Assembly (NCBI GenBank): GCA_012962155.1
Contig: DTXZ01000058.1
Location: forward strand, 1-47,650
Direction of reading: 5' to 3'
Length of the DNA stretch: 47,650 bases
DNA from: Aquificales bacterium
GTDB lineage: Bacteria; Aquificota; Aquificia; Aquificales; QOAS01
Both the position numbers and the translations under genes were made by a program. Each line of letters begins with the position of its first letter. Positions within the stretch are counted from its first letter, which is position 1. Shown here piece after piece: positions 1 through 8,226 of this stretch. A model generated the notes under the pieces. The model had not been told where the DNA came from and did not search any database. It saw only the letters and a program-made list of their open reading frames with translations.

Positions 1-147
1 GGTAAAACTTTTCACATCTAAAAGTTGGTTCACCCATAAGGGTTTGGCTTTCAAAGAAACTTTGGTAGGGTTTGCATATATTGGGCTGCAGCCCTTTTTA
101 GGGAGCTTTCCGAAAGTTGAAGTTCCTCTTTGGAAATTCCTCCCGTC

Positions 148-246
148 TCATATAGCTTTAGGTTCTTTGAAAAGGTATAAAACTCCCAATGCTATGGCCA
201 TAGCCAAAATTCCGAAACCGACGTGGCTATAGGTTACATGTTCCAT
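148..246 (-). CDS. possible small hydrophobic peptide (32 aa, one predicted TM helix); below the ORF-track length cutoff
   Basis: Hand translation of the minus strand gives ATG at 246-244, MEHVTYSHVGFGILAMAIALGVLYLFKEPKAI, and TGA at 150-148. A G6 run (complement of 254-259) lies 7 nt upstream of the ATG. A TATAAT hexamer (complement of 286-291) lies further upstream. No family recognised. Confidence 0.25.
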   Translation of the reverse strand: MEHVTYSHVGFGILAMAIALGVLYLFKEPKAI

Positions 247-333
247 TCTTTTTCCCCCCGTTGGTTAGAGCTTCTAAGACAAATCATTATAATCCGAGCG
301 AGCTTTTTCTCACCGTCTGTATAAGTATTTTAT

Positions 334-966
334 TTAATATTTCTTAAATAGGAGACCGACAAAGCTTCCCTTTCCTAAACCTTCTAAAACGGGGTAAAGC
401 TTATTTTCACTTCCAAAAATAGTCTGCTTAGCCTTTAAAAATACCATCTGTGAGTTTTTTTCCGTTATCTTTATTACTTCCTCCGAAGAGAAAAATTTAG
501 CTTCCTTGTAGAACCTGCTTTTATTCTTTTTCTTTTCATACAGTTTTCCGAGAAGGGAATTTTTATCAACGAAACCTACCAAAAAGTAGCCCCCCTTTTT
601 TAAAACTCTATTTGTTTCACCGATACTTTGTGGTAGGTTTTCAACGAAACATATAGTCGTGACCATTAAAACCAGGTCAAATGTTTCGGATTTAAAGGGC
701 AGATGTTCCGCCTCCCCTAAAACCACTTTTATTCCCCTTTTGGCGGCTATTTTAACCATCTTCGGGGAGGGGTCCACCCCAAATTTAACCCCCAAGGGTT
801 TTGCAAACCTTCCACTTCCAACTCCAATCTCTAGGGCTTTTTCAAAAGCTATCTCTTCCAAAAGGAGTTTTAGGACCTTTAACTCCGATTGGTATAGGTA
901 AAAGTTTTTTTCAAACCAATTTTCGTAATCCTTGGTAAATTTTTCAAAAGGGGTTATTTTTGCCAT
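334..966 (-). CDS. class I SAM-dependent methyltransferase (Methyltransf_11-like)
   Basis: 210-aa ORF. It has a glycine-rich SAM motif I (ALEIGVGSGRF), an acidic post-I residue (FGVDPSPKMV), DLVLM and KKGGYFLVGF blocks typical of UbiE/COQ5-type methyltransferases. Confidence 0.85.
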   Translation of the reverse strand: MAKITPFEKFTKDYENWFEKNFYLYQSELKVLKLLLEEIAFEKALEIGVGSGRFAKPLGVKFGVDPSPKMVKIAAKRGIKVVLGEAEHLPFKSETFDLVLMVTTICFVENLPQSIGETNRVLKKGGYFLVGFVDKNSLLGKLYEKKKNKSRFYKEAKFFSSEEVIKITEKNSQMVFLKAKQTIFGSENKLYPVLEGLGKGSFVGLLFKKY

Positions 967-1003
967 TAATTACCTTATTTTGAGGTTAGAATTCTTTTTT
1001 AGG

Positions 1004-1789
1004 ATGCTTAGAGCACTTTGGACCGCCGCCACGGGTATGACCGCCCAACAGGAAAATATAGACATTATTTCCAATAATATAGCCAACGTTAATACCACCG
1101 GATATAAAAAAATGAGACCCGCATTCCAAGATTTGGTATATCAAACGGTGGAGCAACCGGGAGTTCCCACTTCCGATACAACTCAAAACCCCTCCGGTAA
1201 ACAGGTAGGTTTGGGAACCCGCATAGCGGGAACTTACGGAATTTTTTCCCAAGGAAATTTAATAAAAACCGATCGTCAACTTGATATAGCCATAGATGGT
1301 GACGGTTTCTTTAAAATCCTCCTTCCCGATGGAACGGAAGCCTATACCAGAGATGGAAACTTTAAATTGGATAAAGACGGAAGAATTGTTACCGCAATGG
1401 GATATCCCCTTTCTCCCCAAATAACAATTCCGCCTAACGCAATTCAAATTTCTATCTCCCCCGACGGTATAGTGGTAGCTATTCTAGACGACAACACCAC
1501 CACCGAATTGGGAAGGATTACCTTGGTTAAATTTATAAACTCCGCGGGATTAAAAAGGATAGGGGATAACCTATACATCAAAACCGATGCTTCGGGCGAT
1601 CCCATAGAGGCCAATCCGGGAACCCAAGGTTTGGGAATACTTCGCCAAGGTTTTCTCGAAGCGTCCAATGTTGATATCGTAGAAGAGATGATTAATTTAA
1701 TAACCGCCCAGAGGGCTTACGAATTTAACGCCAAAGCTATAAGGGCTGGTGATGAAATGCTTAAAACTGCCGCTAACTTACGTCCTTAA
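1004..1789 (+). CDS. flgG: flagellar basal-body distal rod protein FlgG
   Basis: The ORF is trimmed to the internal ATG at 1004. MLRALWTAATGMTAQQENIDIISNNIANVNTTGYKK is the canonical flagellar rod N-terminus. The C-terminus SNVDIVEEMINLITAQRAYEFNAKAIRAGDEMLKTAANL is the canonical rod/hook C-terminal heptad region. Confidence 0.92.
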   Translation: MLRALWTAATGMTAQQENIDIISNNIANVNTTGYKKMRPAFQDLVYQTVEQPGVPTSDTTQNPSGKQVGLGTRIAGTYGIFSQGNLIKTDRQLDIAIDGDGFFKILLPDGTEAYTRDGNFKLDKDGRIVTAMGYPLSPQITIPPNAIQISISPDGIVVAILDDNTTTELGRITLVKFINSAGLKRIGDNLYIKTDASGDPIEANPGTQGLGILRQGFLEASNVDIVEEMINLITAQRAYEFNAKAIRAGDEMLKTAANLRP

Positions 1790-2423
1790 TTTCTTCCTTT
1801 TTCTCTTTATTTTTAGCGCGGAAATTTTTGCCCTCGTTCTTTCTAAGGGGAAGCTTATCAAAATAGCCGAGAGAGAACTTAAAAAAATAGATAAACATCT
1901 TTATCTAAAGGGTATCATTTTTTATGGTGACTCTATAAGACTAAACGACAAAGGCTATATCTTTGAAGTTTCAAAGGAAAACAATTCCTACTTTTTGGAC
2001 ATTTTGGAGGCTACTACCTTAAGAAGGATAAAGAGAATTCCACTAAAGGTGGAAAGGTTAATTAGAGTTCCCGTAGCGGTTAGGGATATAAAAGCGGGAG
2101 AGATTATCGCCGAAAGTGACATAAGATGGACTCAAAAACCCTTCCAAGGTCCTTTAAGAAACTTTCCTTCGCCGGTGGGTAAAGTGGCCAAAGTACCGAT
2201 AAAAGAGGGAACGGAAATAAAACCCTCTATGGTTACCACAAAAAAAATAGCCCCCGGAAAGAGGGTGAAGATTATCTTTGTTAAAGGACCACTTACAATT
2301 GAAACCTACGGAAAACTGCTGGATTATGCAAAGGTGGGTGGCAAGGTTAGGGTAAAAAGGGGTAAAAAAATTTTTTTTGGGAGATTAAAAGATGAAAATA
2401 CGGTTATTGTTAAGCTTTATTAG
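1752..2423 (+). CDS. flgA: flagellar P-ring assembly chaperone FlgA
   Basis: N-terminal signal-like hydrophobic segment. SAF-domain-like VAVRDIKAGEIIAESDIRW and VAKVPIKEGTEIKPSMV. Located between flgG and flgH. The start is ATG 1752 (GTG 1749 also possible) and overlaps the flgG 3' end. Confidence 0.75.
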   Translation: MKCLKLPLTYVLNFFLFLFIFSAEIFALVLSKGKLIKIAERELKKIDKHLYLKGIIFYGDSIRLNDKGYIFEVSKENNSYFLDILEATTLRRIKRIPLKVERLIRVPVAVRDIKAGEIIAESDIRWTQKPFQGPLRNFPSPVGKVAKVPIKEGTEIKPSMVTTKKIAPGKRVKIIFVKGPLTIETYGKLLDYAKVGGKVRVKRGKKIFFGRLKDENTVIVKLY

Positions 2424-3093
2424 TTTAAGCTTTATAGCCTGTGCACCTCCCCCTAGACAGCTTCCCCCTCCACAAAAGGATAAAGTTTTAAAGGAATACG
2501 AAAAAACGGTAACTACTCCAAATTCTTATAAATTAAATGAAGCCGAAATAACGGTAACAAGAGCTAACTCCCTTTACAACCCCTACTTTAACCTATACGG
2601 CGATGTTAAGGCTTACCGAAAAGGGGACATCGTTTATATAGTGGTTTACGAGAGTATAGATGCCGTCCAAAAATTGGCCACCCAAACGGGACAACAACAC
2701 CAAGTTAATAATGCGGTCGCCTCCTTCTTCGGTGTGCACCCTAAAACCCTTCAGAATTTAGGTGTTTATTGGCAGTATCAATCGGGTTCTAAATACGGGG
2801 GTTCAACCCAGCAGAGAGGAGTTTTATCAACCCGTTTAGCCGCTTATGTAAAGAAGGTATACCCAAATGGCAATTTACTAATAGAGGCTTCCCGCTATAT
2901 CTATCTAAACGAGGCGGGACACAGGATTGTTTTAAGGGGTATAGTTCGTCCCGAGGATATAGGTCCCGATAACTCGGTTCCCTCCTCAAGGATAGCCAAT
3001 TTGGAAATTATTTACGACGGTAAAGGGTATATGGTTGACGCTTCTTCCCCCGGTTGGTTCACCCGTTTTTTGGCAAAAATTTGGCCTTTTTAA
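2392..3093 (+). CDS. flgH: flagellar L-ring lipoprotein FlgH
   Basis: Lipoprotein signal with lipobox (LSFIAC). It also has GDIVYIVV, LAAYVKKVYPNGNLLIEASR, RGIVRPEDIGPDNSVPSSRIANLEI, and the C-terminal GWFTRFLAKIWPF typical of FlgH. Confidence 0.88.
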   Translation: MKIRLLLSFISLSFIACAPPPRQLPPPQKDKVLKEYEKTVTTPNSYKLNEAEITVTRANSLYNPYFNLYGDVKAYRKGDIVYIVVYESIDAVQKLATQTGQQHQVNNAVASFFGVHPKTLQNLGVYWQYQSGSKYGGSTQQRGVLSTRLAAYVKKVYPNGNLLIEASRYIYLNEAGHRIVLRGIVRPEDIGPDNSVPSSRIANLEIIYDGKGYMVDASSPGWFTRFLAKIWPF

Positions 3094-3144
3094 TTTATAA
3101 ATTTATAAAAGGTAGTGTATTTTTTTTTATAAAAGCTTTATAAA
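3094..3144. promoter_or_regulatory. four copies of the 8-nt palindrome TTTATAAA upstream of the inositol-phosphate synthase gene
   Basis: TTTATAAA occurs at 3094-3101, 3102-3109, 3126-3133 and 3137-3144. The first two copies together form a perfect 16-nt palindrome. They lie 63-113 nt upstream of the ATG at 3207. Confidence 0.35.
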
Positions 3145-3206
3145 GTTCTCTATCTATATAAAAATTTTTTGCCAATACAATAGAACTCCACTCTGGAGGT
3201 TACGGA

Positions 3207-4394
3207 ATGAAACTATGGCTTTTTGGGATTTACGGGATAGTAGGTTCAACCGCAATAGTAGGAGAGAGGGCTATAAGAAGGGGACTTTCCGATACTACCG
3301 GTCTCGTATCGGAGCTTTCCTACTTTAAAAAACTTAAGGATTTTGCACCCCTTGAATTTGATTTCGGCGGTCACGACATAAGGAGTTTAGACAAAAATCT
3401 TTATCAAATAACGGAGGAACATTGGGAACTCAATCACCACTTTGATAGGAGAATTTTGGAACAACTTAAAGGGGATTTAGAAAATATTAAGGCAAAAAAG
3501 GGAACCGCTATAAATTGCGGTGAGGGAGTTTTAGAAGATCTTAAACCGGTAAACACATTGGAGGAAGAGGGTTTTACCCTCAGAGAGATTGTAGAAAGAT
3601 TGGAAGAAGATATCGGTAATTTTGCGGATGAGGATACCGTTGCGATAAACGTTGCATCCACCGAACCTTTATTGCCTTTTGATCCCGAATACCATTCTAC
3701 CTTGGAAGGTTTTGAAAAAGCCCTAGAGGAAGACAGAAAAGACAAAATTAGCGCTTCTATGCTATACGCCTATGTAGCCCTTAAAAGAGGCATACCTTAT
3801 GCAAATTTCACTCCCAGTGTAGGTTCTTCTTTGCCCGCCCTCAAAGAGTTAGCGGAAAAAGTCGGTGTTCCTCACGCTGGAAATGACGGAAAAACAGGCG
3901 AAACTCTGGTTAAAACTACATTGGCACCGATGTTTGCCTACAGAAACCTAAAAGTTTTGGGATGGATGGGATACAACATTCTCGGAGACCTAGATGGTAA
4001 AGTTTTAGCCCACAAACGAAACAGGGAAAGTAAAATAGTCTCCAAAGATAAAGTTGTAGGAAAAATACTTGGTTATTATCCTTACACGATAACCGAAATA
4101 AATTACTTCCCCTCTTTACAGGACAATAAAACGGCTTTGGACTTTATCCACTACGAGGGTTTTTTGGGAACAAAAATGAAATTCTACTTTATCTGGGACG
4201 CTATAGATGCCATCGTGGCCGCTCCGCTTGTTTTGGATATAGCCAGATTCCTATTGCTGGCTAAGAAAAAAGGATTAAAGGGAGTGGTTAAAGAATTGGC
4301 TTTCTTCTTCAAATCCCCCATGGATACCGACGAATACAACACCCATAGGCAATTTGAAATTCTGAAAGAGTGGTATAAAGAACTGGTAAGGTGA
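3207..4394 (+). CDS. myo-inositol-1-phosphate synthase (archaeal/thermophile short type)
   Basis: 395 aa. It has an N-terminal Rossmann start (LFGIYGIVGST), GNDGKTGETLVKTTLAPMF, GWMGYNILGD.DG and ESK..SK blocks characteristic of MIPS. GGAGG lies 8 nt upstream of the ATG. Confidence 0.9.
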   Translation: MKLWLFGIYGIVGSTAIVGERAIRRGLSDTTGLVSELSYFKKLKDFAPLEFDFGGHDIRSLDKNLYQITEEHWELNHHFDRRILEQLKGDLENIKAKKGTAINCGEGVLEDLKPVNTLEEEGFTLREIVERLEEDIGNFADEDTVAINVASTEPLLPFDPEYHSTLEGFEKALEEDRKDKISASMLYAYVALKRGIPYANFTPSVGSSLPALKELAEKVGVPHAGNDGKTGETLVKTTLAPMFAYRNLKVLGWMGYNILGDLDGKVLAHKRNRESKIVSKDKVVGKILGYYPYTITEINYFPSLQDNKTALDFIHYEGFLGTKMKFYFIWDAIDAIVAAPLVLDIARFLLLAKKKGLKGVVKELAFFFKSPMDTDEYNTHRQFEILKEWYKELVR

Positions 4395-4494
4395 AGAAGA
4401 GTTCCGTCTCAAAGATGCGAGGTTTCCTCCGCCCCTACTTTCGCCTCTTTTACCCGTTATACGGGATTTTAAAAGAAGATAGTTTTTTCATATA

Positions 4495-4524
4495 GTTGAC
4501 CTAAAATATCGAGAAATAGTTATA
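4495..4524 (+). promoter_or_regulatory. candidate sigma70-type promoter for the ech operon
   Basis: TTGACC (4495-4500), an 18-nt spacer, then TTATAT (4519-4524). It sits in an AT-rich stretch about 80 nt upstream of echA. This is a hexamer match only. Confidence 0.3.
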
Positions 4525-4601
4525 TACTAATTAGCGAATTTTTAACATTCGGATATATCATATCAACGGAGATTTCTAAAAGTCCCCATCGGAGGTAGCC
4601 T

Positions 4602-6455
4602 ATGATAGCCGCGGAAATTCTTGCGTCTATTTTACTACCTTGGATTTCGGCGTTGGTAATTTATGTATTAAACAACCACAGGGTGTCGGTTTTCCTCACG
4701 GTGTTAAATTTCGTAATTCTAACCATTATAGGGTTACACCTATGGTTTAGCGTGAATAATCCAATAACCTTGCACCCCCCTCACCTTGTAGATTGGTTAC
4801 TATTGGTTTATGACTACGGCCTACTACTTTATTTCTTCAAACAGGGTATAGAAAACCGAAACCCCCTAGTATCGGTTCTAGCGGTTATTCAGATTTTCTT
4901 GCTCTCGTGGGTGGTACTTATAAGACCCCATTCGGAAGTTCCCAATATTTACATTGACAAACTCACGGTGTTTATGTATTTAATCGTAGGCTTCGTAGGT
5001 TCGCTAATTACCCTTTTCGCCACGAGGTATATGCAAGATGAAAATCCAGTAAGGGAAGGAGAATTCGTAGCTATATTGGTTTGGTTTCTCGGAGTTATGA
5101 ATTTCATAGTGAGTGTGAATAACATTGAATGGTTTTTCGCACTCTTTGAAACTACCACTTTGGCATCTTATCTTCTCATCCGTTTTAGAGGAGATACGGT
5201 TTCCGTAAATAACGCCCTTTTAGCCCTTTGGATGAACCAAATAGGTGGTATTACCATTTTGCTTGCTCTACTATTTGCTATTCACAAATACGGAATTACC
5301 CACTTCTCCCAATTCGGGGAACATACCCAATTGGCTCTCTTTCCATTAGCATTTTTAAGCGCGGCCGCCTTGGTAAAGGGTGCCCAAATGCCTTTCCACC
5401 GTTGGTTGTTGGGAGCAATGGTTGCCCCCACACCGGTTAGCGCTATTTTACACTCCGCAACAATGGTTAAGGTTGCCCCCTATTTAATTCTCCGTCTCTC
5501 TCCCTTTATAAAAGGGACCCTGTTGGCAAAGCTTATAGTCGTATTTACCGGTTTTGTCTTCGTGGTAACCGCACTCTTAGCCCTAAACGAAACCCACTTT
5601 AAAAGAATACTCGCTTATTCCACCATCTCTCTACTTTCCCTAATGATGTTGGCGGGTACCATCGGCACCCCCATCACAATTACCGTTGCCCTAATGCTTA
5701 TAGCTTTCCACGCCGTTGCCAAGGCACTGCTCTTTTTGGAAGCGGGAGTTTTGGAAAAGAGATATCACGCGAAAACTATTTACGACCTCAAGCACATTAT
5801 CAACAAAGCTCCTCTAACAGTTTTCTTCATATTGGTAGGTTTCCTTAGCATGACTATGGTTCCCTTTGCAATGTTTGTAGCCAAATGGTTAATGATTTCC
5901 GAAATGTCGGAGTTGTTAAGCAAGGCTTCCTATATTATCACCGTTGCAATCTTGGCTATAGGTGGTGCTATCTTGACCGTTCTTTATCTAAAAATTCTCG
6001 GTCTAACAATTAACCGCGACGAGGAAAGCTTTAGGGTAAAAATAGAGAAACTGCCGAGTCTATATACCATTCCCAATGTTATTTATGTAGTTCTTATACT
6101 GATAGCAACGCTATTTATTAACACATTCTTGGTATACTTCTTTGCTCCCATAACCCAATCAATAATTGGTTACATACCCCCCTTCTGCGAAGGTTTAAGC
6201 GTATGTATAAAGAACTTACAACTACCCTTCTGGCAGATAATCATAGCATTCTTCTTTGTGGTATTTTTCCCGATAATAGCCCATTACATCCACTTCAAAA
6301 CGGATAGAACCGCTGAATATTCTTGTGGAGAGCCTGTAAAACCCCGAATTAGCACTTATAACATGGTCTGTTTAAACAAAGTTAGTACCTACTTTGAAAG
6401 TATATCCCTAGCCCTTTTTGTCCTTGTTTTGGTTATCGGGGGAGGAATGCTTTAA
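4602..6455 (+). CDS. echA: Ech-type hydrogenase membrane subunit A (NuoL/Mrp antiporter-like)
   Basis: 617-aa polytopic membrane ORF. KGAQMPFHRWLLGAMVAPTPVSAILHSATMVKVAPYL is the NuoL/M/N-MrpA/D signature. It is the first gene of a six-gene cluster in echABCDEF order. GGAGGT lies 7 nt upstream. Confidence 0.85.
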   Translation: MIAAEILASILLPWISALVIYVLNNHRVSVFLTVLNFVILTIIGLHLWFSVNNPITLHPPHLVDWLLLVYDYGLLLYFFKQGIENRNPLVSVLAVIQIFLLSWVVLIRPHSEVPNIYIDKLTVFMYLIVGFVGSLITLFATRYMQDENPVREGEFVAILVWFLGVMNFIVSVNNIEWFFALFETTTLASYLLIRFRGDTVSVNNALLALWMNQIGGITILLALLFAIHKYGITHFSQFGEHTQLALFPLAFLSAAALVKGAQMPFHRWLLGAMVAPTPVSAILHSATMVKVAPYLILRLSPFIKGTLLAKLIVVFTGFVFVVTALLALNETHFKRILAYSTISLLSLMMLAGTIGTPITITVALMLIAFHAVAKALLFLEAGVLEKRYHAKTIYDLKHIINKAPLTVFFILVGFLSMTMVPFAMFVAKWLMISEMSELLSKASYIITVAILAIGGAILTVLYLKILGLTINRDEESFRVKIEKLPSLYTIPNVIYVVLILIATLFINTFLVYFFAPITQSIIGYIPPFCEGLSVCIKNLQLPFWQIIIAFFFVVFFPIIAHYIHFKTDRTAEYSCGEPVKPRISTYNMVCLNKVSTYFESISLALFVLVLVIGGGML

Positions 6456-6470
6456 AAGGAGGGTAGAACA

Positions 6471-7307
6471 ATGAAGGGTATCCTTTTCACCTTCGCTTTA
6501 CTATCCCCTATTATCGGGGGATTGATTTACGGATTGGAGAGGAAGTTCAAAGCCCGCATGCAAAATCGACAGGGACCTCCTATTCTTCAACCTTTTTATG
6601 ACTTTTTCAAGTTGACGGACAAAAGAGCCTTACAGGTGCATTCCTTTCATAGCTTAATGGGAATAGCATTCTTTGTAGCCGCATGGTTTGCCGTATTTGC
6701 CCTCCTTATTGGACCTAATATCCTTATTGCGATATTTCTCCACGTATTGGCATTGCTATTCTTTACAGCCGGTGGATTTAGCGTTAAGTCTCCCTATAGC
6801 GTAATGGGTGCGTTGAGAGAACTTGCCCATATATTAGCCGCCGAACCTATATTGGTTTTTGCGGCTATAGCCCTCTATCTATCAACGGGTTCTTGGAATA
6901 TTGAAGGGATTTTAACTTCCAATACAGTACCTATCCTCCAGATGCCTTTGCTATTCTGTGCTTTAGTTCTTACGGTTCCTATATTGTTGAAACGTTCCCC
7001 CTTTGATATATCGGAAGCCCACCAGGAAATTATTGGCGGGGCAGAAATAGAATACAGCGGGCTTTTTTATGAAGCGGTTTATACCGCCAAGTGGCTGGAA
7101 TATATTTTCATAGGGGTAATAGTGTTCCTTTTTGGAGGCTCCAACTATTTATTAGGAGCGCTATTGGTAGCTGCAACCTTCTTATTCGTTTGGCTACTGG
7201 ATAACGCCACAACCCGTTTGACTATTCACTACATGATGAAGTTTGCATGGGGAATTCTACTTCCTTTGGCGGCGTTTAACATCTTTTGGGTTGCTATTTG
7301 GAGGTAA
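6471..7307 (+). CDS. echB: Ech-type hydrogenase membrane subunit B (NuoH/HycD-like)
   Basis: 278 aa. It has ERKFKARMQNRQGPP near the N-terminus and RSPFDISEAHQEIIGGAEIEYSG, both hallmark NuoH/HycD/EchB motifs. Confidence 0.88.
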   Translation: MKGILFTFALLSPIIGGLIYGLERKFKARMQNRQGPPILQPFYDFFKLTDKRALQVHSFHSLMGIAFFVAAWFAVFALLIGPNILIAIFLHVLALLFFTAGGFSVKSPYSVMGALRELAHILAAEPILVFAAIALYLSTGSWNIEGILTSNTVPILQMPLLFCALVLTVPILLKRSPFDISEAHQEIIGGAEIEYSGLFYEAVYTAKWLEYIFIGVIVFLFGGSNYLLGALLVAATFLFVWLLDNATTRLTIHYMMKFAWGILLPLAAFNIFWVAIWR

Positions 7308-7312
7308 GGGCA

Positions 7313-7870
7313 ATGTTCGGATTTTTTAAAAAGTTTAGAAAGAAGTCTCCTTGGATACTTCACTATAACACCGGTAGTTGTAACGGGTGCGATATAGAGA
7401 TAATGGCCTGCTTAGGTCCCAAATACGACTTGGAAAGATTTGGAATTATTAATAAAGGAAACCCCAAACAGGCGGACATTCTCCTAGTTACAGGCCCGGT
7501 TACTAAAAGGGCGAGAGCCCGCCTTCTCCGTCTCTATATGCAGATGCCCGAACCCAAGGTGGTAGTTGCGGTAGGAGCCTGTGCCTGCACCGGTGGAGTT
7601 TTCAGACATATGTACAATGTCGAAAATGGAATAGATAGATTTATTCCCGTAGATGTTTATATTCCCGGATGTGCAGCCCGACCCGAAAATATCATTGAAG
7701 GGATAAAAAAAGCAATAGAAATTTGGGAAAGGAAACAAAAAGAGAAAGTGGAAGTCCCCAAGGTTCTTAAAGAGATTCCCGATGTTGAAACCTTAGACCG
7801 TAGGGAGATTATAAGCAAGTTGGAGGAAAAATACTCCGAGAGATTAGTCATTGAGGAGGATGAGAAATGA
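7313..7870 (+). CDS. echC: Ech-type hydrogenase small subunit (NuoB-like, one [4Fe-4S])
   Basis: Start taken at ATG 7313, after GGAGGTAAGGG. The cluster Cys residues lie in GSCNGCDIE, GACACTGG and IPGCAARPE. A roughly 50-aa charged C-terminal tail lies beyond the conserved core. Confidence 0.88.
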   Translation: MFGFFKKFRKKSPWILHYNTGSCNGCDIEIMACLGPKYDLERFGIINKGNPKQADILLVTGPVTKRARARLLRLYMQMPEPKVVVAVGACACTGGVFRHMYNVENGIDRFIPVDVYIPGCAARPENIIEGIKKAIEIWERKQKEKVEVPKVLKEIPDVETLDRREIISKLEEKYSERLVIEEDEK

Positions 7871-8226
7871 AAAATTTTGAAGAGATACAAGTTTCCCTTT
7901 CCGAACTTAGGGAGGCTATAAAGAGGTTCTACAAACCCGAAGAGTGGCACTTTATAACCATAAATGGAACCGATGTAGGGGACGGGATAGAGATAAAGTA
8001 TTTCTTCGCCGCTTACGGGAAAAGTAAAAAGGTAAAGGCTTTTTCCCTAAAAATAGACTACAACCAAACTATTCCTTCTATTAGAGACATAATACCCTCC
8101 GCCTGGATAGCGGAAGAGGAACTAAAAGACCTATTAGGGGTGAATGTAGAGGGAACAAAGGGGGGTATATTCCTAGAGCCCGACTCTCCCCAAGCCCCTT
8201 TGAGGAAGGAGGTGAAAAATGGGTAA
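7867..8226 (+). CDS. echD: Ech-type hydrogenase subunit D (short NuoC-like)
   Basis: 119 aa. The start overlaps the echC stop (ATGA). The position and size match EchD/MbhK-type NuoC homologues. The ...AEEELKDLLGVNVEG... block resembles the NuoC ERE..D..G core. Confidence 0.75.
   Translation: MKNFEEIQVSLSELREAIKRFYKPEEWHFITINGTDVGDGIEIKYFFAAYGKSKKVKAFSLKIDYNQTIPSIRDIIPSAWIAEEELKDLLGVNVEGTKGGIFLEPDSPQAPLRKEVKNG

Noticed and set aside
85-101. GGGCTGCAGCCC palindrome followed by TTTTT as a rho-independent terminator.
   Set aside because: Only a 4-bp stem with a 4-nt loop can form. That is too weak to be credible, particularly in a thermophile.
44-232. 62-aa plus-strand ORF at the window start.
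   Set aside because: It has a non-ATG start, no RBS and an odd composition. It overlaps a better-supported minus-strand small ORF, so it is likely a chance ORF.
4453-4470. CCCGT-TAT-ACGGG hairpin plus ATTTT after the inositol-phosphate synthase gene as a terminator. A similar case is GGGGA-TTT-TCCCC at 44244-44256 after the oligosaccharyltransferase gene.
   Set aside because: The stems are only 5 bp with 3-nt loops, and the second has no U-tract. The evidence is insufficient to annotate either as a terminator.
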